Counted from the first letter of the whole stretch, positions 12,229 through 26,130 are shown. The stretch: 63,395 nt of DNA, filler included, from Nemertoderma westbladi (GCA_032718475.1; 3 parts of 3 records of this genome joined end to end with filler, not necessarily neighbours in it), one strand, 5' to 3'. Translations and numbers: made by a program. The notes: generated by a model from the sequence alone, not told the origin.

Positions 12229-14342
12229 ATGGCTTCGCCATCTATATCTGATCGTCTCCACGCTATATTCAATAAGTTCTGGAACTGGCGGATGGAATAT
12301 TCTCCTGAATTTGCTACAATGATTGGGGTCAATGATTATAACGGTATGCTGGAGAGTTTCGCATTGGAAACATATAGAAACAGAGAAATCACTTGCCTTG
12401 ACTATCTCGATCAATTAAAAACATTTGAGGTCTAACAAATGGCATCGTATTTATTTGTTTTGTTCATGTTGGGCTTATTGTACGTACACAGTGGGGGTTA
12501 ATTTAATTAAATTTAATTTCGTAAACCAGAGATATATGTGATATTAGGGAACACAAAGCACAAACTAAAGATTTTGAGTTGTATTTAAGCTACACAAAAT
12601 TAGAAGGCCTACCTGTAGGCCTATTGTGTAGACCGACAATAAACCCTTTAGAACATGATGTAACAGTTAATTAATTTGTCAACTTTTTTAATATTTTTAA
12701 ACATTATATATATTGAAATAATATAGAACTATTAAATACTATGCCGTTTGAATTTACTACCTAGATATTGCTTGAATCATACACCAGCAACGAAGATCGT
12801 ATGAGTTTGAAATTATTACGAAATGAGCTATCTGATCTCGTTAAAGGTTTACAATATCGAACCTTCCTATGCCCCATTAATTTCTTGGAGGGAGTCCAGG
12901 TTGACTTTGCCTATGCCGTGAACAGGATAGTGTATAATTCAACGAGGGATTACGATGACTACTTAGAGCGTTTACAGGCTTTCCCGAAACAAGTCAACGA
13001 GATTATTGAGCTAATGAAACAAGGAATACAAGAAGGGCGCACTAACCATGTTGTGTCCATGAAGGGTTTAATTGATATCTTCTCTGGTTACGAGGAAAGT
13101 TACAGCAATGTCAACAGTAAAGGTTTATTACAATACGAATTTACTGAGCCCCTGAAAAAACTCGACAAACAGTCATTTAGTGACACGGAGAAACAGCATT
13201 ATGTTACTAAGGCAGACCAGCATATAAAGGAATTGGTTTTACCGGGTTTTGCGAAACTGAATAAGTTTCTGAAGGAGCAGTACATTCCTTGTTGTCGCAA
13301 TGATATATCCATTCTGAGTTGGCCGAAAGGTGAGGAACTTTACCAGGCCTGTATCATCCATCATGTTGGTCTAGGATATAGCGCCCAAGAAATTCACGAA
13401 ATCGGATTGGCTGAGGTGGAAAATATTACAGAGAAAATGGAGGATCTCAGAGTAGAGCTTGGCTGTCATGGAACTCTTAAAGATATGTTAACATCCATGA
13501 AAAGTGACATGAATTACCGCATGAAGAACAAAGACGATGTTATAAATCGATATAAGAAGATCATCTTGGATGAAATAACACCGAAGTTGAATAAATATTT
13601 CGAAGACGTCCCCAAAGGAAATTTAGAGATTTCGCATTTTCCCAGTGAGTCTGCTGATGGCACTGCTGCTTACTATTATCAGGGGACAGAAGACGGGAGT
13701 AGACCTGGAATCTTTTATGTGAACTGCTCGGGTTTAGAGGATCGCGAAACATACACAATGAGGGCACTCGCACTCCATGAGGGGGTACCGGGTCATCACT
13801 TCCAGTGGCTGTACAGCAGCAAACAGAAACAGTTGCCGCCATTCCGTAGGTTCATGGAAGACAAGAGTTACTACCAAAGTCCAGGACGATTCGCGATTAA
13901 TACGGCGTATATCGAGGGATGGGCGTTGTATTGCGAATGGTTGGGTGTCGAGATGGGTATGTACACTGACTCCTATTCATTAATGGGTTACTACTCTAAC
14001 GAAATGTTCAGAGCGACCCGATTAGTTGTGGATACAGGGATGCACGCTCTGGGATGGAGTCGGGATCGAGCCTTGGATTACGTTCTGTCTCTCACCGTTA
14101 TGACGAAGTTGGAAGTAGAAGCTGAAATAGATCGATACATAACGTGGCCCGGACAAGCTTTGGGCTATAAAATGGGTCAGTTGAAGATCATAGAGTTACG
14201 GAATAGAGTTGAGGCGGCATTGGGCGACAGGTTCAGACTACCAGAGTTCCATACAGTTCTACTGGAGGCTGGAAACCTGTCTCTTGACGCTCTGGAGCAG
14301 ATAGTTAACGAATACATTACTAACAAACAAATGATACATTAG
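12229..14342 (+). CDS. DUF885-family zinc-metallopeptidase-like protein, two exons (12229..12429, 12765..14342), ~592 aa
   Basis: Exon 1 has SPEFATMIG. Phase-0 intron GT 12430 to AG 12764 joins in frame. Motifs AYYY, DGSRPGIFYVN, LHEGVPGHHFQ, EGWALYCE, RATRLVVDTGMH, EIDRYITWPGQALGYKMG. AATAAA near 14474. Confidence 0.92.
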
Positions 14343-15937
14343 ATGGAACTTATTATAACTGTTGCATTGATTACATTGTATTAAAATAGACAAATTGTTT
14401 GGAATCACAAAATCTTTAATTATATTGATTCTATATCGCATTACCTTTAATAGAATTATAGCCATGTTTTGGGAATAAAAAATACAAATATTTAGTAAAT
14501 AAATATTTTTTCGTACAAATAAATGATAATAAGTGAAACAAACAACAATTAACCTATTTTTTTTGAGACATAGAGAGGGGGGGGGGGGGGGGGGGGGAGG
14601 TTACAGTGGCACGTTTACAAAATGGATGCCAGGATGCCGAAATGGATGCCAGGAACTCCCCATATCTCGAAAACTACTGGAGCTATTCAATTCTTATTTG
14701 CTTCATCTGAAAGAGGACATAATTTTAGTTAGTGCCAAGTAACTAAGAGAAATAAATAAAAAAAAATAACTGGCCCATTAAATTTAGCTTTGCATCGGGC
14801 GAGGCGTATAGTAGGTCATGTATCTCGTTGATCATGAGAAAACTTTCACTTTCCTTCGCCCATTATATTACTTTACTGCCCCCCCCCCCCCCCATAATAC
14901 GTGAATTGTCCAGTGGTGTCACATCATGTTGTCGTTAGGGAAAAGAGCAGGTTACAGTGACATGTTATTTTAACCAAAATAATAAACGAGAGTCAATAGC
15001 ACTGGGTATAGTTAAATTTTTGCTGGTGATCAGCTGTGCAGGACTTAACGACCACACGAGGGACATAAAGACGCGTTACCCATTGCAAGCAATACAAAGT
15101 AGTCCAAAATAGGAAACTCCGTAGGAAATAGGAAACACCACAGCCGTATCTTACAATGATGAAACGTTGTTATTCACAGAGTAATATATAAATATATATT
15201 TAACATAAAATAACACATTAACTTGTAAATATCTCAGATAACATACGAAACAGAACACACTCAGTCAAACTTAATCCTATAACTCTATAAGATCAGCGAC
15301 CCTTAGCAAATAGTTTCAGTGTCAAATCGGCATTGTCTGACCGACTCAATGTTAGAACGTCAATATAGCAGCGACGGCGCAGTCATTGCTGTTAGTTTTC
15401 CATATTTGACGAACTTTCCCCCACTATTTGGCCTGAACAAATACTAAGTGCTAAGGTTCTCTGACTTCAGCTGCACAAACAACGTGTAACATGGTACAAG
15501 AGTTGGCTTGTGAATTCAACCAAATAAACTACATTATTATTGCAATGCTAGAAACCGTAGGGTTGTCCATTCCATTTTACTCGGATACTATCGGGTCGCC
15601 GATTAGTCATCGATTACTATTGGTTCGTTGGTAACTGGGGCAACATCCACGTCATTCTTCGGCTTGGCGGAGATTGGAAGGAAAGGGTTACGTCCGCAAC
15701 TGCAACACAAAACCATCCAGTAAGTGGTTCCTCTTTGGTGAGTCTTATTATTTTATACTGAGACTAACCGCAAAATAACTTATCGTTTGTGTTGTTTCTA
15801 TAAAACTTACCGTCTGTGTTGTTTCTAGAATAACTTGGCTCTAACTAAAGAGGTTATTACCAAATATCTGGATGGAACTTCAACTTATACATTTTTTTTA
15901 TACAAGATGGCTACGCCGGGTTTGTGACAAGTATAAA

Positions 15938-17395
15938 GCACACATCTCCCATCATACTCTATACAACATTGGAGGCGTCTCATTGGTTCCGCACACATCT
16001 CCCATCATACTCTATACAACATCGGAGGCGTCTCATTGGTTCCGCACACATCTCCCATCATACTCTATACAACATTGGAGGCGTCTCATTGGTTCCGCAC
16101 ACATCTCCCATCATACTCTATACAACATTGGAGGCGTCTCATTGGTTCCGCACACATCTCCCATCATACTCTATACAACATTGGAGGCGTCTCATTGGTT
16201 CCGCACACATCTCCAATCATACTCTATACAACATTGGAGGCGTCTCATTGGTTCCGCACACATCTCCCATCATACTCTATACAACATTGGAGGCGTCTCA
16301 TTGGTTCCGCACACATCTCCCATCATACTCTATACAACATTGGAGGCGTCTCATTGGTTCCGCACACATCTCCAATCATACTCTATACAACATCGGAGGC
16401 GTCTCATTGGTTCCGCACACATCTCCAATCATACTCTATACAACATCGGAGGCGTCTCATTGGTTCCGCACACATCTCCCATCATACTCTATACAACATC
16501 GGAGGCGTCTCATTGGTTCCGCACACATCTCCCATCATACTCTATACAACATTGGAGGCGTCTCATTGGTTCCGCACACATCTCCCATCATACTCTATAC
16601 AACATTGGAGGCGTCTCATTGGTTCCGCACACATCTCCCATCGTACTCTATACAACATTGGAGGCGTCTCATTGGTTCCGCACACATCTCCAACCAGACT
16701 CTATACAACATTGGAGGCGTCTCATTGGTTCCGCACACATCTCCCATCATACTCTATACAACATCGGAGGCGTCTCATTGGTTCCGCACACATCTCCCAT
16801 CATACTCTATACAACATTGGAGGCGTCTCATTGGTTCCGCACACATCTCCCATCATACTCTATACAACATTGGAGGCGTCTCATTGGTTCCGCACACATC
16901 TCCCATCATACTCTATACAACATTGGAGGCGTCTCATTGGTTCCGCACACATCTCCCATCATACTCTATACAACATTGGAGGCGTCTCATTGGTTCCGCA
17001 CACATCTCCCATCATACTCTATACAACATTGGAGGCGTCTCATTGGTTCCGCACACATCTCCAATCATACTCTATACAACATTGGAGGCGTCTCATTGGT
17101 TCCGCACACATCTCCCATCATACTCTATACAACATTGGAGGCGTCTCATTGGTTCCGCACACATCTCCCATCATACTCTATACAACATTGGAGGCGTCTC
17201 ATTGGTTCCGCACACATCTCCCATCATACTCTATACAACATTGGAGGCGTCTCATTGGTTCCGCACACATCTCCCATCATACTCTATACAACATTGGAGG
17301 CGTCTCATTGGTTCCGCACACATCTCCCATCATACTCTATACAACATCGGAGGCGTCTCATTGGTTCCGCACACATCTCCCATCATACTCTATAC
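15938..17395. repeat. 53-bp tandem array (~27 copies)
   Basis: Unit GCACACATCTCCCATCATACTCTATACAACATTGGAGGCGTCTCATTGGTTCC. Confidence 0.97.
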
Positions 17396-17764
17396 ATTTT
17401 TATGAATTCGTTTAGTTTTAACATTATTGCCTCAAAATAAAAATCAACCCCGCGAAACCTTCCCAAACTTATTATTATTATTTAGTTTTGCAAACATGCC
17501 TAGATCAACAAAATTCGTTGACTGTCCTGTCTGCAATAAGAACATGCGTAGTGATAATCTCAACAAACATCTCGCAACTCATTTTAAACAATATTCATGC
17601 GATTGTTCTTATTGCAGACAGGACAGTCAACGAATTTTGGCGATCATAGGCATGTTTGCTATAAAATAAAAAAACTAAATAATAATAATAAGTTTGGGAA
17701 GGTTTCGCGGGGTTGATATTTATTTTGAGGCAATAATGTTAAAACTAAACGAATTCATAAAAAT
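17396..17764. repeat. ~93-bp inverted repeats enclosing a C2H2 zinc-finger mini-ORF (MITE-like or foldback)
   Basis: 17396-17488 is the near-perfect reverse complement of 17671-17764. The interior encodes MPRSTKFVDCPVCNKNMRSDNLNKHLATH. Confidence 0.8.
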
Positions 17765-19041
17765 ACAAATTTATTGTTCTTACCTGCAGATTGATTCGTG
17801 GTATTGGAAAAAGAAAATTGCTCGATTAGGAATAATAAGAAGGAAAATCAAATCACATTGATGTTTGCAACAATATATTATTTATAATAATAAATGTGTT
17901 ACGTATAACAATCTTGAAGAAAATATAATATTATGTATAACAATAAATGTATTATAACTTTAAATAAAAAGTAAAATTGTCAATAATATTTTTGTAAGTA
18001 AAGTTCGAAGCGAGGGGAGGGGGTTTATAAGGGAAAGGCTAACCAATGAAAATAAAAATGAAGCTTGTGGGAACCAATAGAAATAAAAAGAGAGAGAGAG
18101 ACGCGCTATTGGATTGAGGGAATAATAAACACATTTCATTGGGTTCATTAAATGTAAAACTTTAGTTACGATGGGAAATGGGATGAATTGAGAAGCAGGG
18201 AGTGCGCTGGAAAAGTGCGTGTAATGAATGGGTATGTTAATTAATGTTACACTACAGTATCTGAACAAATATTTTAGGCATGGTATGGCAAGCATGAGGG
18301 GTTATGCATTACTTCAAACAAAAAACTACAGTATCTAGTATAGAGATGGTTGAGGATTAATTTGACATATGGTTTTTGGGTACTGGCTTTGTCACTGAGC
18401 TAATACTTGGAGTTTGCAATCAGGCGCGCAGGCTGCTTCACAACACAATGTGAAAGAATGCAATCTATTGCAAAACCAGATGTTTATTATAATTTTCTTA
18501 GGCAATTTGACAATGGTTTACATGATAACGAAGCTGGAGGTTTAAATAATTTAAACTTTGTGGCAGCCCAACGTTGGTATACAGTATAACTCAACATAGG
18601 ATTCAATGGGGTTAGTCATGCTACGTCTAATAAGAGCCCAAACAGCCGCAGATTATTGAGGGATTGAACCAGGACCAAACTGGCCCATTTTATTTTCGTG
18701 TGAGGCTAATTTATGTTTTGGGCCCCATTCGCATCTTTATATTTCATTCTACCTTTACCTTCTACTGTATGACAAAAATAATACAAATGTACTGTATATT
18801 GTATTGCACAGTGCCTATTGTATTGTATATTTCATCTATTGTACCTATTGTAGTACAATCTATTCATCTTGCGTCCCTATCTGATTGATTTATGTCAAAT
18901 TAAATTGCCTTTGGCAACATTATTTGATACAAATCGATCGATTAAACAATTAATTAATTGTTTAATTAATTAAGGACCTACTTAACACCCAAGGTGCGAA
19001 GTAGGTCCAACTGTCGCCGAGGATGGCAAACCATTACTACT

Positions 19042-19488
19042 ATCGGAGGCGTCTCATTGGTTCCGCACACATCTCCAATCATACTCTATACAACATCGGA
19101 GGCGTCTCATTGGTTCCGCACACATCTCCCATCATACTCTATACAACATCGGAGGCGTCTCATTGGTTCCGCACACATCTCCAATCATACTCTATACAAC
19201 ATCGGAGGCGTCTCATTGGTTCCGCACACATCTCCCATCATACTCTATACAACATCGGAGGCGTCTCATTGGTTCCGCACACATCTCCCATCATACTCTA
19301 TACAACATCGGAGGCGTCTCATTGGTTCCGCACACATCTCCCATCATACTCTATACAACATCGGAGGCGTCTCATTGGTTCCGCACACATCTCCCATCAT
19401 ACTCTATACATCACCGGAGGTGTCTCATTGGTTCCGCACACATCTCCAATCGTACTCTATACATCATCGGAGGTGTCTCATTGGTTCC
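19042..19488. repeat. Second block of the 53-bp array (~8 copies)
   Basis: Same unit; runs directly into RTE coding sequence. Confidence 0.95.
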
Positions 19489-20790
19489 CCCCTGTTTGAC
19501 AGTTGAACAGAGCCGCCTCCGCTTTGCAGGACATTGCTTTCGCCGTGAGGACCAGCCAGTGCATAATCTTGTACTTTGGCAGCCTCATGGAGTGAATAAG
19601 CATGGTGGACAGCCCATGACTTTCTTGAGACGCATCTTAAAGGACACTGGCCTTGTAGATGCGGATGATCTTGCTATGATTTGTGCTTTTTCTATAATAA
19701 CTTACCGCGCTGTTTCCATAACAACTTACCGTCTGTCTGTGCTGTTTCTATAATAACTTACCACGCCGTTTCCATAACAACTTACCGTCTGTGCTGTTCC
19801 ACTGGTAGAATTGATTTACGGGTAGATTTTGTCGCTGCGATAGCTATGAAGTACATGTCCTCAGGAGAGTCGGAATACATACTCTTACGTCTCTGAGGTC
19901 CACCGCTCTGAATATCAAATAATAATAAATTAATAATTAATAATGTTACTCAGGTTGGTAGGTTATCTATCACTGCGAAAGTAAATCTAAACTAAAAAGT
20001 TAAAACCGATCGAGCGAAACGATCGAGCATACTACATAAAAGCGATAAACGAACCTTTATAGGGGGGTTTCCAGCTGATCGTTTGCTAATAGGCACCTCG
20101 ACATCCACACCGGTGTGATCCAATGGCCGCTTACGGGATGGTGAAGATGGACGCTTCTCTGAGGGGCTACTGAATTTATCCTGAAGAGAAAATATATAAA
20201 AAAAAATAAAAAATAAATAAAAAAATAAAAAAAAATAAACATGGAGGTAGGCCACAAGGCCAAAGACCGGATTTCGCATTTTTTGGATGTTCGTATTCAT
20301 GGCGACTTTCAATAAAGTTTATATTCTCACCTGCATGAGCTGTTAGGTTCTATAAGGTATATATATATCCTCACATATCGACGGGTTTTTTTCAAAACAT
20401 CCCAAATGGCAAAAAAATTGTTACGCAGGAATGATTTTTTTGTTTCTAATTTTATTCCTTTACCTATGTAGTTCAAATAATTGCTATCAAACAAGTAAAT
20501 GTAAAGCTTCTGGGCGCTGAATAAATACATTCTGAATCATGATGTGTTCCAGTAGTATTTTGATTGTGTGGCGTTTGGGATATTTTGAAAAAAAAAATTA
20601 AAAAAAAATACAAAAGTGTTTCTTTCAAAATATCCCAAAACCACACCTCATATTCTAGAAAATATATTTTTGTTTGTAAATCGAATTATTATTGTATTCT
20701 CATGTATTGTAGGCCTAATCAATAATTATTCACAGAGTATATTCTGTAAAACAATACTATTGCACATATTACATAAGTGTCACAATACAT

Positions 20791-21560
20791 CTATTCATCC
20801 TCATCAGTTTCATTTAACGCGTCCCTAACAGCTTCATCTGGAACTAGAGATTCGTACGCGATGCGGAACTTTTCAGGAATGACTTTGTTTCTACAAAGAG
20901 TCATCAGATCCTTGTATTTGGCAGCAGAAATAGGAACCTGGTGTTTAAACTGTGGAGGTGGTAGTTTGATCCCCTGTCCCTTATGTCTACCACGGCAGCG
21001 CGGAATGACCATAGACGTAACAGCTGCAGATTCATCTATTGATGTACAATACTTGATGTCTACCGTCCCTATCTCTTTAGTAAACCAGACAACTCTTAGC
21101 TTTTTCCAGGGCACATAATCGCCATTACTGTCCTTAACACGGGGACCAGGCAGTAATTCATTCATAGTAAATCGCCAATCTAAAAAAACATCTTCTGACT
21201 GAAGTTCAACTATTTCGTAGGGCGTGGCGGATCACAGTTCCCCATTCCGAATGTGCCCAGACTTCACGTTTCTTTGTATAGTGCTCAATACGGGCATGAA
21301 TAGAGTCCACAGGCATATTTGTATGACCCTTCATGAGAATTATTAACCTTATACGAACTATATGAATTCATCGAGTTAGTGCTTGATGTAGGGCAGTAAC
21401 AACAATCCGATTTCTGTTTTGGCCACTGCAGCTGTCACAGAAGAGGTCAACCTTTTCAACCTTCGGAAATCTAGCATCTAAATCGGTGAGGTATTTAAAC
21501 AATATTGAACCAACTTCATTGGCTCCCCGTTTGGCGGTATTCTCTCCCCATAAATAGCCT
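20791..21560 (-). pseudogene. Decayed DDE transposase (Sola1-like motif series)
   Basis: Minus-strand translation gives GYLWGENTAKRGANEVGSI, LFCDSCSGQNRNR, LMKGHTNMPVDSIHARIE and C-terminal PISAAKYKDLMTLC; frameshifted. Confidence 0.7.
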
Positions 21561-21574
21561 CATAATATATCCTC

Positions 21575-22961
21575 ACATATGAGCTGTTGGGTTCTATAAG
21601 GTGTATATTCTCCTCTCACCTGTAAGAGCTGTTAGGTTCTATATAGGGTATATATTCTCACCTGTATGAGCTGTTAGGTTCTATAAGGTATTCTCACCTG
21701 TATGAGCTGTTAGGTTCTATAAAGTTTATATTCTCACCTGTATGAGCTGTTAGGTTCTATAAGGTTTATATTCTCACCTGTAAGAGCTGTTAGGTTCTAT
21801 ATAGGGTATATATTCTCACTGTATGAGCTGTTAGGTTCTATAAGGTTATATTCTCACCTGTATGAGCTGTTAGGTTCTATAAGGTTTATATTCTCACCTG
21901 TAAGAGCTGTTAGGTTCTATATAGGGTATATATTCTCACCTGTATGAGCTGTTAGGTTCTATAAGGTATTCTCACCTGTATGAGCTGTTAGGTTCTATAA
22001 GGTTTATATTCTCACCTGTATGAGCTGTTAGGTTCTATAAGGTTATATATTCTCACCTGTAAGAGCTGTTAGGTTCTATATAGGGTATATATTCTCACCT
22101 GTATGAGCTGTTAGGTTCTATAAGGTATATATTCTCACCTGTATGAGCTGTTAGGTTCTATAAGGTTTATATTCTCACCTGTATGAGCTGTTAGGTTCTA
22201 TAAGGTTTATATTCTCACCTGTATGAGCTGTTGGGTTCTATAAGGTATATATTCTCACCTGTAAGAGCTGTTGGGTTCTATAAGGTTTATATTCTCACCT
22301 GTATGAGCTGTTGGGTTCTATAAGGTATATATTCTCACATGTATGAGCTGTTGGGTTCTATAAGGTATATATTCTCACCTGTAAGAGCTGTTAGGTTCTA
22401 TAAGGTTTATATTCTCACCTGTATGAGCTGTTAGGTTCTGTAAGGTTTATATTCTCACCTGTATGAGCTGTTAGGTTCTATAAAGTTTATATTCTCACCT
22501 GTATGAGCTGTTAGGTTCTATAAGGTTTATATTCTCACCTGTATGAGCTGTTAGGTTCTTAAGGTTATATTCTCACCTGTATGAGCTGTTGGGTTCTATT
22601 AAGGTATATATTCTCACCTGTATGAGCTGTTAGGTTCTGTAAGGTTATATATTCTCACCTGTATGAGCTGTTAGGTTCTATAAAGTTTATATTCTCACCT
22701 GTATGAGCTGTTAGGTTCTATAAGGTTTATATTCTCACCTGTATGAGCTGTTGGGTTCTATAAGGTATATATTCTCACCTGTAAGAGCTGTTAGGTTCTA
22801 TAAGGTTTATATTCTCACCTGTATGAGCTGTTAGGTTCTATAAGAGTTTATATTCTCACCTGTATGAGCTGTTGGGTTCTATAAGGTATATATTCTCACC
22901 TGTAAGAGCTGTTAGGTTCTATAAGGTTTATATTCTCACCTGTATGAGCTGTTAGGTTCTA
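21575..22961. repeat. ~40-bp tandem array (~35 copies) running into a gap; lone copy near 20320-20370
   Basis: Unit TTCTCACCTGTATGAGCTGTTAGGTTCTATAAGGTTTATA. Confidence 0.97.
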
Positions 22962-23061
22962 NNNNNNNNNNNNNNNNNNNNNNNNNNNNNNNNNNNNNNN
23001 NNNNNTTAATTAATTAANNNNNNNNNNNNNNNNNNNNNNNNNNNNNNNNNNNNNNNNNNNN
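22962..23061. other. Scaffold gap with artificial linker
   Basis: 44 N + TTAATTAATTAA + 44 N. Confidence 0.97.
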
Positions 23062-23593
23062 TAAATTTAGTTACTGGTGAAAAATAGTAGAAGTTACCTG
23101 TAGACACCCCTAGCGTCTGTAAAATAAAGGTTGGTGAAAAATTGCGATTTGAAAAATAGTAGAAGTTACCTGATGCTAAGTGTAGACACCCGAACACCTG
23201 TAAAATAAAGATGGGATGGAGGCTAGCCATGCATCGTGAGGTTAGGCTATGTGAAGATGAATATGCAATGGTTGGTGAAAAATTGCGATTGAAAAATAAT
23301 AGAAGTTACCTGATGCTAAGTGTAGACACCCGAACACCTGTAAAATAAAGGTTGGTGATTGGATGCAGTACTAGCGTTGGGTGACTAATAACGCCTCTAG
23401 CGGAATAAGTGGGAACTTGAGAAGTTACCATGGTTACGGATGAAATGCTGACATCTGATTGGTTGAAATAATAACGACTACTGCAAAAGGTTGAAATGGT
23501 GGCTTCTGATTGGCTGCAGTACCAGAAATGGATGGTAATGATGGACTACGGGTGACCATGATGCCGGGTCACAGTAATGTATACTACTGACGA

Positions 23594-24199
23594 TGGATCG
23601 GTCGAGATGCTCCTGTAAAGTGGCCGCCACGATCACCAGACATGACTCCCTTGGATTTTAGTCTATGGGGGCATGTGAAGAATCTAGTGTACGTCCAGAA
23701 TCTTCAAAATGTTGAGGAACTGAAGACGGCAATTCGGGATGCCTTTAGTTCATTGTCCCAGGATTACTTCGCTAATTGCTTCAAGGAGATGCGCAGAAGA
23801 CTGGATCACGTCCAGCATATTGGAGGAGGACATATTGAATGAAGTGTATTAGTAGTAAATTATTATAATTAATTATATTAAATTAGTATAAAGAAGTAGT
23901 AAACTCATTGTGAACTTACCCAATATTAAACTATTTTAGCCCACTACCTATATGTTTCATTATTTCACTAATATGTGCAGTTTTATACCTTTATATTTAT
24001 AGTAAAATTAAGTGGATAATCAAACTCTTGTTTTATATAGCAACATTAAGTTTCCATAGCAACTAAAACAGCCATACCCAAACCAAAGTTTAAGTTTATC
24101 TTTCGGCTTCCGATTGCCACCAAAACTAGGAAATTAGGTTGAGATCGCGCAAAGTTATTAAAAAACAAAAACGTGTCAAATTTTGTGGAACACCCTGTA
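23594..24199 (+). mobile_element. Tc1/mariner-superfamily 3' fragment with TIR
   Basis: WIGRDAPVKWPPRSPDMTPLDFSLWGHVKNLVY...GGGHIE; ends TTTTGTGGAACACCCTG-TA. Confidence 0.85.
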
Positions 24200-24870
24200 T
24201 TTTAAATGGTAGTGAAATAAAGTACGAAAAGTACTGCAAAGATCTAGGTATTATTGTTAGTAATGGTTTTAAGTTTAATACTGTAACTACTGTAAGCAGC
24301 AGGTTGCTAAAGCGTACAAAATTATAAATAATATGCTTTTTCGAAATATTAAATCGTGTAATAAAGCCGCATTTTTATCGGGATACAAGTCTACGGTAAG
24401 GTCGATTTTAGAGTACTGTACTCCTGTTTGGTCTCCTTTTACTAAGTCAGGTATTATTCATCTAGTTGAATGCGTCCAGCACTATTTAACACGTAGACTA
24501 TATTACAGGTGCAAATTAAATTACGTGCCCTACTGTGAGTGCCTAGATGTAAACTGTCTCTTCAACATCTAGAAGTAAGAAGAATAATTTTCGATTTGAA
24601 AATGCTTTATTGTATGTATCACGCTCTTATAGACCTAAATTTCGATAAATTATTTACGCAGGCGCCCATAAGAGGGCTGGCTCCATGGTCATACATAGAA
24701 ACTCTATATTCCTTATTGTAGACTACAACTGTGTAAGAATTATTTTAATTATCGTATTGTGCCAATTTGGAATTACTTATCACAAGATGTTGTTTGTGCT
24801 AAAAATTTGCAAATTTTCTCTCGTAGATTAAGTAATTATAATCTGAAGTTATATTGTTCAGTTGATCACT
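24200..24870 (+). mobile_element. CR1-clade LINE 3' fragment
   Basis: Frameshifted KDLGIIVS, YKSTVRSILEYCTPVWSP, LEVRRIIFDL, FNYRIVPIWNYL. Confidence 0.8.
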
Positions 24871-25294
24871 GGGGTTAATTAATTCAAATAATTCAATCAC
24901 TATTTAATTAATTATGTTATTTCATATAATTCAGTCACTGTTTAATTAATTATGTTATTTCTTCAAAGTCATTTAAAATTGGTAATACATAATTACATTT
25001 GTACAGTTTTTTATTTCCATACTTTTTAATATATTTTATCATATTCGGTTCTTGTTTTTATTTCCATACGTTTTATATACTATATTTTATCATATTTGGT
25101 ACATGTTTTTATTTCCATACGCCTAACTATTTTTTATCATATTAGATATTCTCTATGTTACCAACAAGCATATAATCTTGACAATACTTACTATATAGAC
25201 TGTACTATGTAAATGTTGTTTTTTGATGGTTTTTGTTTTTAATCAAATCACCCCCGTAAGTGTAGCAGTGTCCGAGTGCCTGAACTTCTTAACT

Positions 25295-25398
25295 CATTAG
25301 TGTTTGGTGGCACATTGGTTCCCCCAAGCTTGACACTTGAACAAAGCCGCTTCCGCTTTGCAGGACATTGTTTTCGCCGTGAGGACCAGCCTGTGGAT
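25295..25398 (+). mobile_element. Short RTE fragment (same family as 28624..30306)
   Basis: LVPPSLTLEQSRFRFAGHCFRREDQPV. Confidence 0.85.
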
Positions 25399-26130
25399 AG
25401 TGACGGTGCAACTTTGTTGATAGCCGGCATGCACACTGCATTGGGCTTGCTAATTGGGAATTGCATGGTGGTGGTGAAATATTTTTGTTAAGCCAGCATA
25501 TCATCTCAATGTGCAGCTTCAATGCTGCAGGCTGATTATAGATATATAGAGCTTACAGAGTGGTCAAATAGTTATCAAGCAGTATGACTGGTAGTTTACA
25601 TATATCCTGCTAATAATATATATTTTATATTATGGACTCTTTATCCCCGCCCCTTGGGAAATAAAGAGCAATTTTACATCTTGCAACTCTCCTTTCTTAG
25701 TATGAATATGAATAATAAGTCATTATTTGTCTGAATGACCGCTACAGTGAAATTAAATCATGGCGAAATATGATTATGAAAATAAACCTAATTTATTATC
25801 ACCCACTTCATGATCAAACATCATATAGATAACATATTTTTGATCACTAATACTACATTATTTCACTATTGTCACTGTTTTAATAAAGAAAAACTCTCCT
25901 TAACTATTTTGTATTTTTGTGCAGGAAATTAGTTTTCCCTTCACTATTTTAATGATAAAGTGTTCGTCACCCGTTTCCGTTAACTGAAATACAGATAGCA
26001 TGCATGCATATTCATGGATATATTATTCATGGATATTCATGCATGCTTTGCTCATGCTAAAAAAAATGCCAATTTCTTGATAAAAATACACAGAATTTCC
26101 AATACGTTTTTATTTAAGTAATAATGTTAT

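Larger units (their letters stand above)
15866..19676 (+). mobile_element. RTE-clade LINE 3' fragment with an internally amplified 53-bp segment, split by a ~1.6-kb insertion
   Basis: Sequence before the array (YTRWLRRVCDKYKAHIS) and after it (VPPCLTVEQSRLRFAGHCFRREDQPVHNLVLWQP) matches the RTE copy at 28664..29809. Confidence 0.88.

Noticed and set aside
15872-17440. Long ORFs in all three plus-strand frames (also 18994-19753)
   Set aside because: Product of a stop-free 53-bp tandem unit; not evidence of a protein.
22962-23061. TTAATTAATTAA within N runs (also 48586-48685)
   Set aside because: Artificial six-frame-stop scaffolding linker.
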